64,000 nucleotides of DNA, from positions 27,838,001 to 27,902,000 of the forward strand of contig NC_042998.1 in the NCBI RefSeq assembly GCF_006345805.1, given 5' to 3'. Within the stretch, counting starts at the first letter, position 1, and the number at the start of each line of letters is the position of its first letter. The position numbers and the translations under genes were made by a program. Shown here in pieces: positions 1 to 12,468 of this stretch. The DNA is from Octopus sinensis (lineage: Eukaryota). The notes below the pieces were generated by a model, which saw only the letters and a program-made list of their open reading frames with translations, was not told the DNA's origin and did no database searches.

Positions 1-961
1 TCTATCACCCTCTCGGTTTCTATAGCAACAGAGTAATTTTTCTGCAGTATCAATTTTTTTCTTAAGAATAAGAGCAAAAAAAAAAAAAAAGGACACAACA
101 GAAAACAAACAACAAAACCTCCAAAAAGCCAATCAAAACAAGTATTATACATCCAGCATTTTTATGTGACTGAGATTTTACATTGGTAATGACATTGATT
201 TTAATATTTGCTATATGTTCATATTGATTTTTGTGAGAAGTCTTTGCATTTGTTTGATAGAATAAAGAAAAAAACAGAAGCGAAACACAAACACGTCTCA
301 ATCCTTTCATTTCTGCTGTTAAACAACATTACTCCTATTATTTTATATATTTGGATGTATTTGATATATGCTTTATCCGAAACTCTGTTCTGATTGAAAA
401 AAAACCCATATAATATAGATAAATAAATAATGAGCTAGCGAGGGAGAGAGAAAAGTTAGAGTAAAATTGATAGAAAGACAATGGATGAGAGGGAAAAAAA
501 AAGAGAATCGAAAGACCTACAAAGAAGGAAAGGATGGGTGAGGAATATATAGAGCCAGATAAACATTGGTCGTAGAATATGAGACTATTGACGTGTCAGA
601 TTTCGTTAAAAAATTCAATTTTTATTTATCCTAAGCTGTTTACAATGAATAAGTTATATTTCACAAAGACGTTCATTTACAGTGGAATGTGTTTACGTCA
701 CTCAGTTCCAATATTTTTTAAGCTTGGTGTAAAAGTTTTATCTACAATTCTATAACATATACAATTTTTATCAGCCATTGAATATTTTCTATGTACACAT
801 TGAATACTTAAAATAAGCCACCATTATTCAATTTCAATTTAAGCTTTCTGTGGTTAAAATATGCCATTATTAAAACTGGTAAATGTATGACAATCTCCTG
901 TTTATTCTGTTTTATGACAATTCATTTTATACATGTTTTCCAGTCTCATTTTCCACATATA

Positions 962-1368
962 GGCGTTGGAGTGGCTGTGTGATAAGTAGCTTGCTTACCA
1001 ATCACATGGTTCCGAGTTCAGTCCCACTGCGTGGCACCTTGGCCAAGTGTCTTCTACTATAGCCTCGGGCCGACCAAAGCCTTGTGAGTGGATTTGGAAA
1101 ACAGAAACTGAAAGAAGCCCGTCTGATATATATATATATATATATATATATGTGCGTGTTTGTGTGTCCGCGTTTGTCCCCCAACATCCATTTACAACCG
1201 ATGCTGGTGTGTTTACATCCCCGTAACTTAGCGGTTCGGCAAAAGAGACCGATAGAATAAGTACTAGGCTTCCAAAGAATAAGTCCTGGAGTCAATTTGC
1301 TCGACTAAAGGCGGTGCTCCAGCATGGTCACTGTCAAATGACTAAAACAAGTAAAAGAGTAAAAGAGT
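962..1368 (+). mobile_element. SINE family A (tRNA-like head, CORE-like CACCTTGGGCAAGTG segment, internal (TA)n/(TG)n, (AAAAGAGT)n tail)
   Basis: Full-length copy; the same ~400-bp layout recurs about 16 times in the window. It probably matches a described octopus SINE (OK/OR1/OR2 type), but I cannot assign the name without a library. Confidence 0.9.
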
Positions 1369-1406
1369 ATATAAAACATTTACTCTCTACTAATAAAACC
1401 ATTTCT

Positions 1407-1626
1407 ATTTCTTTATTACCCAGAAGGGGCTAAACATAGAGGGGACAAACAAGGACAGACATAGGTTTTAAGTCGATTACATCGACCCCAGTGCGTAACT
1501 GGTACTTAATTTATCGACCCCGAAAGGATGAAAGGCAAAGTTGACCTCGGCGGAATTTGAACTCACAACGTAACGACTGACGAAATACCGCTAAGCATTT
1601 CGCCCGGCGCGCTAACGTTTCTGCCA
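1407..1626 (-). mobile_element. SINE family B, tail B1
   Basis: Reverse complement of GGCGGCGAGCTGGCAGAA...CCTTTCGGGGTCGATAAATTAAGTACC...AATAAAGAAAT; matches the copy at 24694-24926. Confidence 0.88.
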
Positions 1627-1739
1627 TTTCTGAATATACGTTTGTATATGGGTTATAATTTAAGAGGTTAATACCTACAGATTATGAATAACCATATACT
1701 GCTTTTCCCAAATTTGTAGGAAGCGATGGACAAAATGCA

Positions 1740-1915
1740 TTATGGCATTTAGTAAAATTTCTTTATATTCTGAGTTTGATCCCCGTTGAGGTTAACTTCT
1801 GTATTTTTATCCAACACTTGTTAATATATAATTTAAATATCAATCGAGTATTAAGTGCAATTTAATCAATTATCCTTCACCAGAAATCTGAAGCTGTAGA
1901 CACATTATAAACCAA
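1740..1915 (+). mobile_element. Degenerate SINE family B
   Basis: Patchy similarity (TTCTGAGTTTGATCCCCGTTGAGGTTAACTT) to family B. Confidence 0.4.
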
Positions 1916-2174
1916 TATTAATAATTGAAAGTTCAAATGAACTTTTAATTGTGCAAATAAATCTCATGTTTTTCCAAATTTTCTGCAATGAAGGATATAT
2001 ATGAATAGAGTCAAAGTTTGATATATAATATGAAGAAAATGCTTATAGATAGAATTATAACAGTTACGTTTAAAAGATATTAAACAAACATTAAAATTTG
2101 GATAATTCCCCATGCAGAAAACGACGATTAGAACTATAAATTCTAGAGTCTGCAATATTACTTCACATAATATT

Positions 2175-2367
2175 CTTTTACTCTTTTACTTATTATTTGT
2201 AAGCCTAGTACTTATTCTATCGGTCTCTTTTGCCGAACCGCTAGGTGACGGGGACGTAAACACACAAGCATCGGTTGTCAAGCAATGCTAGGGGACAAAC
2301 ACAGATACACAAACATACACACACACACACACATACATACATACATACATACATACATACATACTAC

Positions 2368-2454
<87 letters not shown>

Positions 2455-2610
2455 TACGACAGGCTTCTTTCAGTTTCCGTCTACCAAATCCACTCACAAG
2501 TCATTGGTGGGCCCGAGGCTATAGCAGAAGACACTTGCCCAAGATGCCACGCAGTGGGACTGATCCCGGAACCATGTGGTTGGTAAGCAAGCTATTTGCC
2601 ACACAGCTAC
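2175..2610 (-). mobile_element. SINE family A with internal deletion and long (CA)/(TACA)/(TA) core
   Basis: Reverse-complement match to 962-1368. Confidence 0.88.
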
Positions 2611-2727
2611 ATAATAAAATGCATGACAAGTTCTTTATATATAATAATCCTAAGATGTGTTCCAAACATATTTCAAACATTAATAATCTTCTCTTCAGAA
2701 AATTCTGATGTATATATTTTATGCTGT

Positions 2728-2990
2728 GGAGGCGCGTGGCTTAGTGGTTAGGGTGTCAGCACCATGATCGTGAGATTGTGGTTTCCATTCCTAGACAGGG
2801 CGACGCGTTGTGTTCTTGAGCAAAACATTTCATTTCACTTTGCTCCAGTTCATTCAGCTGGCAAAAATGAGTAACGCTGCGATGGACTGGCGTCCCATCC
2901 AGCCTGGGAACATATACGCCATAGAAACCGGGAAACCGGGCCCATGAGCCTGGCTAGGCTTTAAAAAAAATGCCGCATTTATTTATTTAT
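2728..2990 (+). mobile_element. SINE head C (CORE-like) + tail X, (ATTT)n end
   Basis: GGAGGCGCGTGGCTTAGTGGTTAGG head; flanked by a near-identical 13-bp TSD (TATATTTTATGCT / TATATTCTATGCT). Confidence 0.85.
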
Positions 2991-3179
2991 TATATTCTAT
3001 GCTAATAATCAATTGTGATAATCATTTTACATTTCTGTTATATAATGTACACTTCTGCGCATATTAGCTCATATTTCCCACTTATATTGGAATATTCTGC
3101 ACACGTTACTAAACTTAAACATACCAACTCTATACACAACCTTCAATGGAAAACACTTAGGTCAGTCACATTTTTTAGC

Positions 3180-3210
<31 letters not shown>

Positions 3211-3212
3211 GT

Positions 3213-3420
3213 ATTCTTTTATTCTGTTATTCTTTTATTTGTTTCAGTCATTTGACTGCGCTCATGCGCCACCTTTAGTCGAACAAATCGACTGCAGGAC
3301 TTATTCTTTGTAAGCCTAGTGCTTATTTTATCGTCCTCTTTTACCGAACCGCTAATTTACAGGGACGTAAGCACACCAGCATCAGTTGTCAAACTGTGGT
3401 GGGAGGACAAACACAGACAC
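3213..3420 (-). mobile_element. SINE family A, right half only
   Basis: Matches the 3' half of family A and runs into (CA)n at about 3433-3540. Confidence 0.8.
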
Positions 3421-3432
3421 ATAAACAAAGCA

Positions 3433-3495
<63 letters not shown>

Positions 3496-4334
3496 CACAC
3501 ACACACAACACACAAACACAAACACACAACACACACACACATGTTTATAAACCCTAGAGCTAATTGGAGCTTGTTTTATTTGCATGAAGTTTCTACAGCG
3601 TCTATATACTGAATATAGCATTATAGTGTAAGCTTTCTTAAAATGTACGAATATAATGTGTAATATTTTTTTTCTTGTTAACATACTCATTAAATTACAA
3701 ATAATAAACACACGGTTCCGAATATACTGAAGACATTTAGATTGAAATAACGCTATATTAATGTGCTGAAACGGTGGAATGTAAGGAAGCTAGCTGTGGT
3801 CTCCTTCGATAAATAGTAATGCACACAACTGCAATAGCTGAAGAAATCTATTTCACTGTTTAAACTTATTACATTTTGATGCGTTTGATTAATATAATCA
3901 TTTAATTGAAATGTGTAGTAAACTGTAAATAGAATTTAAGAAAGTCTGTTAGAAATCACACGAGTAGCAGAAACATTCTCAACTTTCTAATCAATATAAG
4001 CGGTATTTGTTATAAATGTTTGCTCCTGTGCAATAGGTCAAGAGAGACACATGTAACAATGAAAAGAACATCATCAATTATTAAGATACCTTCGGGAAAT
4101 CATTATTTTTACCAGTCTGGTATAAAAATAGATTATAGAATTGACTTTGCAACGAATTTACATTAATGAGAAATTTCTTGTAAAATAAGGAAATGATACA
4201 TAAGCATGGTGTTCTGATTCTATTACATGTCTTTATGTAACACTGTTTGTAATTACTTCAGACGTTTATAAACTATAGACTTTTAACCTCAATAATACAC
4301 TACAAATAAATTATTCCTATAGCAAATCATTAAT

Positions 4335-4507
<173 letters not shown>

Positions 4508-4528
4508 CCCACGCACACATACATATAT

Positions 4529-4689
4529 GCACAGGGGTGGCTGTGTGGTAATAAGCTTGCTTCTCAACCACATCGTTCCGGGCTCAGTCCTACAACGTGG
4601 CATCTTGGGCAAGTGTCTTCTGCTATAACCTAGGACCGAGCAAAGCATTGTGAGTGGATATGGTACACGGAAACTGAAAGGAGCACAAC

Positions 4690-4733
<44 letters not shown>

Positions 4734-5029
4734 GTATATATATATATAAACACGCCACCATCGGTTGTCAAGCGATGAAGGGGGAGTAAACACAGCCGCA
4801 CACATAAATACATATATACACACATATATGTATGTGTGCGTCTGTTTATTACCCCACTTTCGCTTCACAACCGATGCTGGCGTGTTTACGTCCCCCGTAT
4901 CTTAGCAGTTCGGCATAAGACTTCGAGAGAATAAGTACTAGGCTTACAAAAGAAAAAAATTTCTTCAACTCGAACCTGTTAATGCGGTGCTCCAGCATGG
5001 CCGTCGTATAATGATTGAAACAAGTAATA

Positions 5030-5033
<4 letters not shown>
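4529..5033 (+). mobile_element. SINE family A (diverged)
   Basis: Head, CORE-like segment, internal (TA)n and right half present; tail-to-tail with the next copy. Confidence 0.85.
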
Positions 5034-5080
<47 letters not shown>

Positions 5081-5083
<3 letters not shown>

Positions 5084-5526
5084 TTTACTTGTTTCAGTCA
5101 TATGATTGCGGCCATGCTGGAGCACCGCCTTTAGTAGAGCAATTCGCCCCCGGGACTTATTCTTTGTAATCCTATTACTTATTCTATCGGTCTCTTTTGC
5201 CGAACCGCTGAGTGACGGGGATATAAGCACACCAGCTTCGGGGGACAAACACAGACACACAAACATGCGCGCGCGCACACACACACACACATACACACAC
5301 ACACACACACACACATACACTTACACACACACACACTCACACACACACACACATATATATATACGACTGGCTTCTTTGAGTTTTCGTCTACGAAATCCAC
5401 TCACAAGGCTCTGGTCGGCCCGAGGCCATAGTAGAAGACACTTGTCCAAGGTGCCACGCAGTGGGACTGAACCCGGAACCATGTGGTTGGTAAGCAAGCT
5501 ACTTACTACACAACCACTCCTGCGCC

Positions 5527-5527
<1 letters not shown>
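5081..5527 (-). mobile_element. SINE family A
   Basis: Full reverse-complement copy, separated from the previous one by about 48 bp of (TA)n. Confidence 0.9.
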
Positions 5528-5555
<28 letters not shown>

Positions 5556-5558
<3 letters not shown>

Positions 5559-5850
5559 TGGGTCAGCAAAAAAATTTACTTTACCACACACCGAACTTTT
5601 AGAAATACCAGCCAAAGAATTTAGCTATTTCCTCTACTATAAGAAGAGTATCCCAGACAATGTATACTCAAAAACAATTCACGTAGGTATAGAGGGAAAA
5701 ATAACGAAAGGTCACTCGTACATCGATTACTTGAGAACGCCGTTTCTGGGTTAGTTAGATATAGAGATGCTAGAAATACATGCCTATATCAACATTCCTG
5801 TCATCAGCCCAAGATTTCGTTAAGTTTAAATTTGAGCACATACATATATA
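5556..5850 (-). mobile_element. Penelope-like pLTR / retrozyme-like short element
   Basis: Carries the hammerhead motif and ends at (TA)n. Its GAAATA(C/G)CAGCCAAA motif recurs near 10305 and 42346. Confidence 0.5.
5730..5813 (-). ncRNA. Type-I hammerhead ribozyme-like motif with long stem II
   Basis: Minus strand: CUUGGG-CUGAUGA-[stem II with GAUAUAG/CUAUAUC]-GAAAC-GGC-GUU-CUCAAG. Stem I is 6 bp with one G.U; the base of stem II is imperfect. Confidence 0.65.
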
Positions 5851-6365
5851 TATTATTGGCACTATTTCATGATTATGGCGTCTATAATATGTCTAACTTG
5901 CTATATGCTAATTATCATAAATTTAATCTGATCAAGAAGACCCATAATCTAGGTCGTTCTAGTCGTGACCATCTAAATTATGTATATCAGTTAACTGAAT
6001 TATATTAAACATCTTACATTATTGAAGAACATTGGTTGTGTCTTTGTGATTCATCGATCATTTGGCTGGTTCTGGCTCGCATAACCATGGCATAGTGTTC
6101 CCTTCTTGGTTGCATAGTTACATATTGTTATCAGGGGATAGTATAGCAGTTAGTCGTTCTTGATTTAATTTGGATTATAATTCATCGATATTTCGAATAA
6201 AACTAATTTAGACATAATGCCTAAGAGTAAATGTTTCCTTGACCATTAATATCTTCTACGTAAAAGTGATAGACATTGTCATTTATTTTACTTAGTGACT
6301 ATTCCACCATTACTTCAGTAAGCATGATGGAGTCCATGCTTCCTGTGGGAGGTATTATACCGAAA

Positions 6366-6487
6366 CATGGACTTGAACAACACGTGAAATAAAGTGTCTT
6401 GGTCAAGCACACAAGTCGTCGCTGGAGTTGAACTCACGACCTTACGATCGTGAATCGAATGCCCTAACCACTAACCCATGCGCCCTC
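6366..6487 (-). mobile_element. SINE head C fragment
   Basis: Reverse complement of the GGCGCATGGGTTAGTGGTTAGGGCATTCG...GTGAGTTCAA head. Confidence 0.75.
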
Positions 6488-6520
6488 ATATGTATGTATA
6501 TATGTATGTATGTATGTATA

Positions 6521-6559
<39 letters not shown>

Positions 6560-6599
6560 CTATCTATATCTGTATCTATATAGATATATACATGTAATA

Positions 6600-6883
6600 G
6601 GCGTAGGAGTGGCTGTGTGGTAAGTAGCTTCCTTACAAACCACATGGTTCTGGGTTCAGTCCCATTGCGTGGCAACTTGCGCAAGTGTCTTCTACTATAG
6701 CCGCGGCCCGACCAAAGCCTTGTGAGTGGATTTGGTAGAGGGAAACTGAAAGAAGCCCCTCGTATATATGTATATGTATATATATTATATATATATATAT
6801 ATTATATATATATATATGTATGTGTGTGGGTATGTTTCTGTGTCTGTGCTTGTCCCCACAACATCGCTTGACAACCGATGCTG
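6600..6883 (+). mobile_element. SINE family A, 3'-truncated
   Basis: Head to start of the right half match 962-1368. Confidence 0.85.
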
Positions 6884-7246
6884 TTTCTCGCAGTGTAAAA
6901 TTTTTATTAGTCAATGACGAATATCTTTCTCGACACCGAACGCATGAAAGCCTTCTGCTATTTCCTGCATTACACACTTCAGAATTAACTTCTTTATATT
7001 TAAACGATGTGCGCCAACATATTAAAATAATGATCGAAAAAGATGGACATGATGAATGATAATTTCGTATGAATTTAGGGGAACAAATTTGAAATTGTTA
7101 TCTCAAGGATTACTGTTACAACTTTGTACGGCTCTTTTTGAGATGTCAAAGGATTTTGTTTCCATTCAGCTGGAAATCAACCGCATTTACTGGATAGAAT
7201 GCATTTAGCTTTTATTCCAAAAAGTGTGAATGTGATGTCTTTCCCC

Positions 7247-8316
7247 AATCTTAAACGTACTTCTGGTGAGCTCTATAAAATCGTAAAATACTTCTATATT
7301 CAAGTCCCTTTTCTATGCGTAACAATGACTAATATTCTGATATTATGTTTTTAAATTTGATTTAATCATTTTAAAGGTAGATACAAAATACTGTCGAAGT
7401 ACTAACAATAACTTAGTAATGTGGTGGGTATTACTATGTACCGAATCTGATGGCCTATAAGACGCACGAGTGCACAGGGCGCACACTGGCCTAGGCTATA
7501 CTTTTGTAAAATAAATTACCACTAAAATAATGTTTTAACTTCTCCACGTACCTGTATAGCTTTGTTATTACCAGTAATTATAAGCAATTTATTGCATCCA
7601 CATTCGATATAAACATACCGAAGGCAATTGTTCACCAATAGATGGCAGCACACGTTTTGTAACCATACATAACGTTTGAGTGAGCTTTGAGCCTACATTG
7701 TGTGTATTGGACGCAGGGGAATTTTTAAGCCATGTTTGGGTAAAAACGGTGCGTCTTATAGGCCATCAAATATAGTAATATGTTTAATGAAGGAAAATTA
7801 AGGCTATATCAAATAATGCTTGTGCATTCAAGGAATACACAGAAACTTATCAAATAGAACATATTTTTGATATGTGATATCAGATACTTAAGGTGGTGCA
7901 ACTCTTGGTATTGAAACAGCTATTTACAGTCTTAACCGTTGAATGATATGTCAACCATAACAAGCAAATAAGCGGTAATCATCACCCAAGAGAAAATATG
8001 TAAATCACGTATCAAACATTGCCTTTCCATTGGTAGTATAAAGAGACATAGCTGTGCACAACGGTCATTATTGTGACTCTTGATTCTGCACTGCATTTCA
8101 CCGAGAAGAGATGATGCAAACACCTATTAGGGCAAAAGGCCATCTTCGCTTTGCAGTTTCTAACAAATCCATAGTCAGAATCTTAAATGTATTTCTGGTG
8201 AGCTCTATGAAATCTTAAAATACTTCTATATACAAGTCCCTTTTCTATGCATAACAATGACTAATATCCTGATAATATGTTTCTAAGTTCATTTAATCGT
8301 TTTAAGGGTAGATACA
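7247..8316 (+). repeat. Dispersed direct repeat, ~138 bp (7247-7385 and 8179-8316)
   Basis: AATCTTAAA...GGTGAGCTCTAT...CAAGTCCCTTTTCTATGC...GGTAGATACA occurs twice, roughly 85% identical by eye. Confidence 0.85.
7441..7775. mobile_element. pogo/Tc2-like MITE
   Basis: 27-bp TIRs with the core TGATGGCCTATAAGACGCAC; TA on both flanks. Confidence 0.85.
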
Positions 8317-10728
8317 TAGTAGCTACCGTTGCAAGAAATTATAACCAAATCCTCTTCAGTCATACCGTACAGTTTTTTTAAAGGATATATGCAATAATGT
8401 ACTTTTAGATTCACAGTGTTCTGACAAATGTCAAGATGGTTAATGCTGGAGTTCTTTTGAACAAACGTCTGCCCGAGTAGAACTGATCTTATTGTAAGTA
8501 AGCAACAATATCTGATTTGGCAATACAGAATGATAGGAATCTAGGTTTTTATTTGTGTCAGCAAATGAAGACATGCAATATTATAAAAAAAAAGAAACGA
8601 ATAGGAACATATTCTTATAATAGTTAATTCACAATGAGAAAAAGTGGTACAGTGTTTCAATAGCTTCCTTAGTTCCTCTAGGTTGTGTACTATCTTTACA
8701 TAAAGGCAGTGGAACAGTAACTGTTGTACTATAACCCAATTGAATTTTCTTTTTGACACTATAACCCAATTGAATTTTCTCGCTTCTGTTGTAGCCACCA
8801 ACACTGTGTAGGAGCCGATTTTTTTTTTTCAAATTTCACACTACCGTTTTGAAAAGGATATATTGGCTAGTGTAACGCTAGAGAAATAGAATACAGGATG
8901 ATGATGTTAGGAATGCATGGATCATACGTTTACTTCGTCCGGGATAATCTGAAGCTAGAGAAGAACATGAATACAGAAATCGACTGGTCAGAGGTATGAC
9001 TTCAGCATGTCGAGATTGTTACATTGTACTTCATACAAAATACATTGCTGTATGTTAAAGTGGGCAATACAGGTTTCAATTATTTCGGTTAGTCACATGC
9101 TTAGTATGCTTACAGTTACATAACCACAAAATTACGATAACGAAAACATCGAAGATAACAACAGGAACGACAATAGCATCAAGACCAATTACATCAAGAA
9201 CGGCAACTGTGTTGCATTCGATGATTATTCACCTTTTCTTTGAAACAGCTTTCGTTTGTGTGAGAAGAATGTACAAAATATATTAGAATAATCTAATTTA
9301 TACAAATATTTGATTTGTGTCGGTCTTTTAAAATCTATTTTTGTTTTTATTCTAACATGTCTTTTTAACTTCACTCGTTATTGTTATATTGAATGATTTA
9401 ACAGTAATTGTTTGTTCGATTTTTTTCTTTGTCAGTACATATTAATGCTTATTTTTTTACAAGTAGCTCTCATCTAAAAGTAGTTACTGATATTTTCCAT
9501 CCAGTTCTAGAGTTTGTTAATGTTACTATGCGTGCTTCGAATGAACATTAAATGAAAATAATACAAATTTATATAGAAAAAAGATGAAGTGGTAAATAGC
9601 TATTAATACTTAAAGAAAACATGTTGTTAAACCGAAGAAGAAAGTTTGTTTAATCTCATCATGAACACAGTTAAAAAGTAGTTTTGCAGACCAATATTTT
9701 TTAAGATACAATGCTTGTATGCTCACTGTATGGTATGAATAGTTGTTAATATTACTATCATGGATTAAAGTTTTGAAAAGATTCTCAAGTATTATGCTTG
9801 GGTGAGTGCTCTCGTATCAACTATTCTAATCAGGTCTTAACATTCTCAATACCACCAATGTATCATTATTGATAAACAACTATACAAATAATTTGCTTTC
9901 TTTATATATCATGTCTGGCCAAATAGACTTTTGCTGTCAGAGTTATTTGCTGTTGCTGAATAAACTCGGTAAGTTTATGCGGTACGCTGTTTCTGATAAA
10001 CAGTTGCATGATTCAATTAAGTCAAGTACCACTTTTGAGAACTAGTGTACTTGGTCATTGTATTTCTGTATTTAAACTAATTGTGAAGGAAAACAAATAA
10101 ATAATAAGAAATATTTCAACGTTTAATGATTAATTATTCATCGAGAAAGAGCTAAACGCCCAATATATACATACATACTTACACACACACACACACACAC
10201 ACACACACCACACACACACACACACCACATATATATATAGTGAATATTTACAAAAAGAACATAAAATTATAATTTAGGTATCTATGAAATACCTCCACGC
10301 TGGAAATAGCAGCCAAAACCTTGACTCTAAAACCACATTAAATGTTTATGTATGTATGTATGTATTATGTACGTATATGTATGTACTCAAGTTACCGAAA
10401 TGAAATGTCGTATCTTCGTGCAAGTAGTCAAGATTGCATACCATTGAGAGGTTTACAAATCTATTTAAATATCTTTGCAGTCAGCTAATCAGCATTGAGT
10501 TAATGACCAATCATTAATAAGGATACTCGCTGTGTGTGTAGATATGCTTTATCTGGCGGCCCAGAGAAGACTAGGGTTTTCGTGAGCTACATCTACGGTA
10601 TTGCATGTTTTACGAATTTCACAAAAGTAAGAATGGAAGACGTGTAAAGGAAAATATATGTACTGTATATCCTGATGGTTTGAATGTTCGGAATTTGTCG
10701 AAGAAAATTTGTTGTCGTTTTGTTGTTT

Positions 10729-11012
10729 GTTCCTTCTTGAGCCACGCCTGGCTCATAAGGGCCGGTTTCCTGGTTTCTTTGGCGTTTAGGTTCCTCACCT
10801 GGACGGGACGCCGGTCCGTCGCAGGTGAGCTGCAAGATGCAGGAGGAAAGAGTTAGAGAAAGTTGTGGCGAAAGAGTCAGTAGAAGTTCACCATTACCTT
10901 CTGCCGGAGCTTAGGTGTTTCGCTCATAAACACACATCGCCCGGTTTAAGATTCGAACCCGCGATTCCTCGACCGCGAGTCCGCTGCTCTAACGACTAGG
11001 CCATGTGCCTCT
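10729..11012 (-). mobile_element. SINE head D + tail X
   Basis: Reverse-complement match to 15096-15413 and 33383-33680. Confidence 0.85.
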
Positions 11013-11725
11013 ACCAAAGGAAATTTAAACACTATAAAATCGGTGGTGTTGATCCTTTGAATGGGTATCCACCAGGTGAACGAACTGTTATCAATAATGA
11101 CGCAGTGATAACACCAATTGACGAGGATCTACGTAAAAGTATCGAGGGATTTTACAGGCGGATTAATACACTGTGATCCACTCTGCAAGATCATCTCAAG
11201 CAACTCGGAGAAGTGTATAGAGAAATGGAAATAGGTAACACAGAGAGAACTCTCCTGCAGTATATATGATACAAGGCCGCATTCAGTGAAGATAAACCAA
11301 CAAAAGTTACATTTATTAGGCTTCGTAGCTCTGCCTCATACTCCCTCCTCAGAAGATCATACTTCCTAATCACCGGCATCATTAGAAGATTTTGTTTTAC
11401 TTATTTAGGTCACTTGAGCACGTTACCAGTGCAAAAACATTTAGAAGCAAAGGCGATGTCGAAACGGCACTCCAAACATTTTAGTCGTCTAAAGAACTGG
11501 ATACTTTTGCCCCCAAGATTCAGTGATCTGATTTCGAAGTAGGAAAATATTATTGCTAATGCTGGCGATTATATTTTGAACTAATAAAAAAATATTTGCG
11601 ATATTTCTTATGCCGATTTGAACTCATTACATGAAATGCGTCACTAGTTTCGTTACCCCTAATGTATTCATACATGGATATATATATATGATGGCTGTCC
11701 ACTCGTGATCGAGGAAGGCCATCAG

Positions 11726-11795
11726 CGACTATGCAACAGGCTGTACTTGATTTCATGTTACCAGTAGCATGCACGAGAGATACAAGTAACCTGGC
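11726..11795 (-). mobile_element. Short fragment of the 31003-31490 repeat (putative RTE 5' end)
   Basis: ATGCAACAGG.TGTACT.G.TT.CATGTTACCAGTAGCA is shared in reverse complement; abuts (TACA)n. Confidence 0.6.
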
Positions 11796-11983
11796 ATACA
11801 TACGTACATACACACATACACCCACCCACACACATACATGCATACATACATACATACATACATACATACATACATACATACATACATACAAGAAATTCTA
11901 ATGAATATAGCCTTGACACTATATATTGGTTATGCTTTTCTTTGGAAAGGGATCAAAATGTTGTCAGTCAATACTATGTATGG

Positions 11984-12016
<33 letters not shown>

Positions 12017-12119
12017 TGTATGTATGTATGTATGTATGTATGTATGTATGTATGTATGTATGTATGTATACACGCACACATACATACACATATTATTTAT
12101 ATATATATAAATATATATT

Positions 12120-12468
12120 TGTAAAAAGGAAGTTTGAAAACGCCACTATATTAGATAAATTTTAATTTTACATGTTTCGGTTCTTGAAATAACGAACCTT
12201 ATCAAAAACATTTATAATAAAAAGTATAATGGAACAGTTCATAATTGTTACATACATTCAATAGAATCCATGCTATATACATTCAATAAAATCCATGTTC
12301 TTAAAAAGGCGAACCTTATCAAATATATTATAAAGAGTATAATAGAAAAAAATCCATAGTCGTTCCTTACTGTTTTGTCGAGTGTAGTGGAGAAGTTCAT
12401 TATAGATTTTACCTTGTGTTCCAATGGAAGCAACAGTAGTGATTCTTGGTCGTCGTCTGTTGGTCGTA
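12120..12468 (-). mobile_element. (TA)n-flanked short element with two tandem hammerhead-like units (~117-nt period)
   Basis: GAACCTTATCAAA occurs at 12194 and 12311; the second unit lacks the CGAAAC segment. Confidence 0.5.
12165..12209 (-). ncRNA. Minimal type-I hammerhead-like motif, U3-A8 core variant
   Basis: Minus strand: GUUU-UUGAUAA-GGUUC(10-nt loop)GAACC-GAAAC-AU-GUA-AAAU; palindromic stem III ACAUGU. Confidence 0.6.

Noticed and set aside
6340-6372. CTGTGGGA-GGTA-TTA-TACC-GAAAC hammerhead look-alike
   Set aside because: No NUH triplet or stem I; GAAAC falls at a SINE C junction.
11012-11270. TGA-as-Trp (mitochondrial or mollicute code) reading, suggesting a NUMT or lateral transfer
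   Set aside because: No resemblance to a mitochondrial gene that I recognise; two TGAs are readily explained by CGA or TGG mutation.
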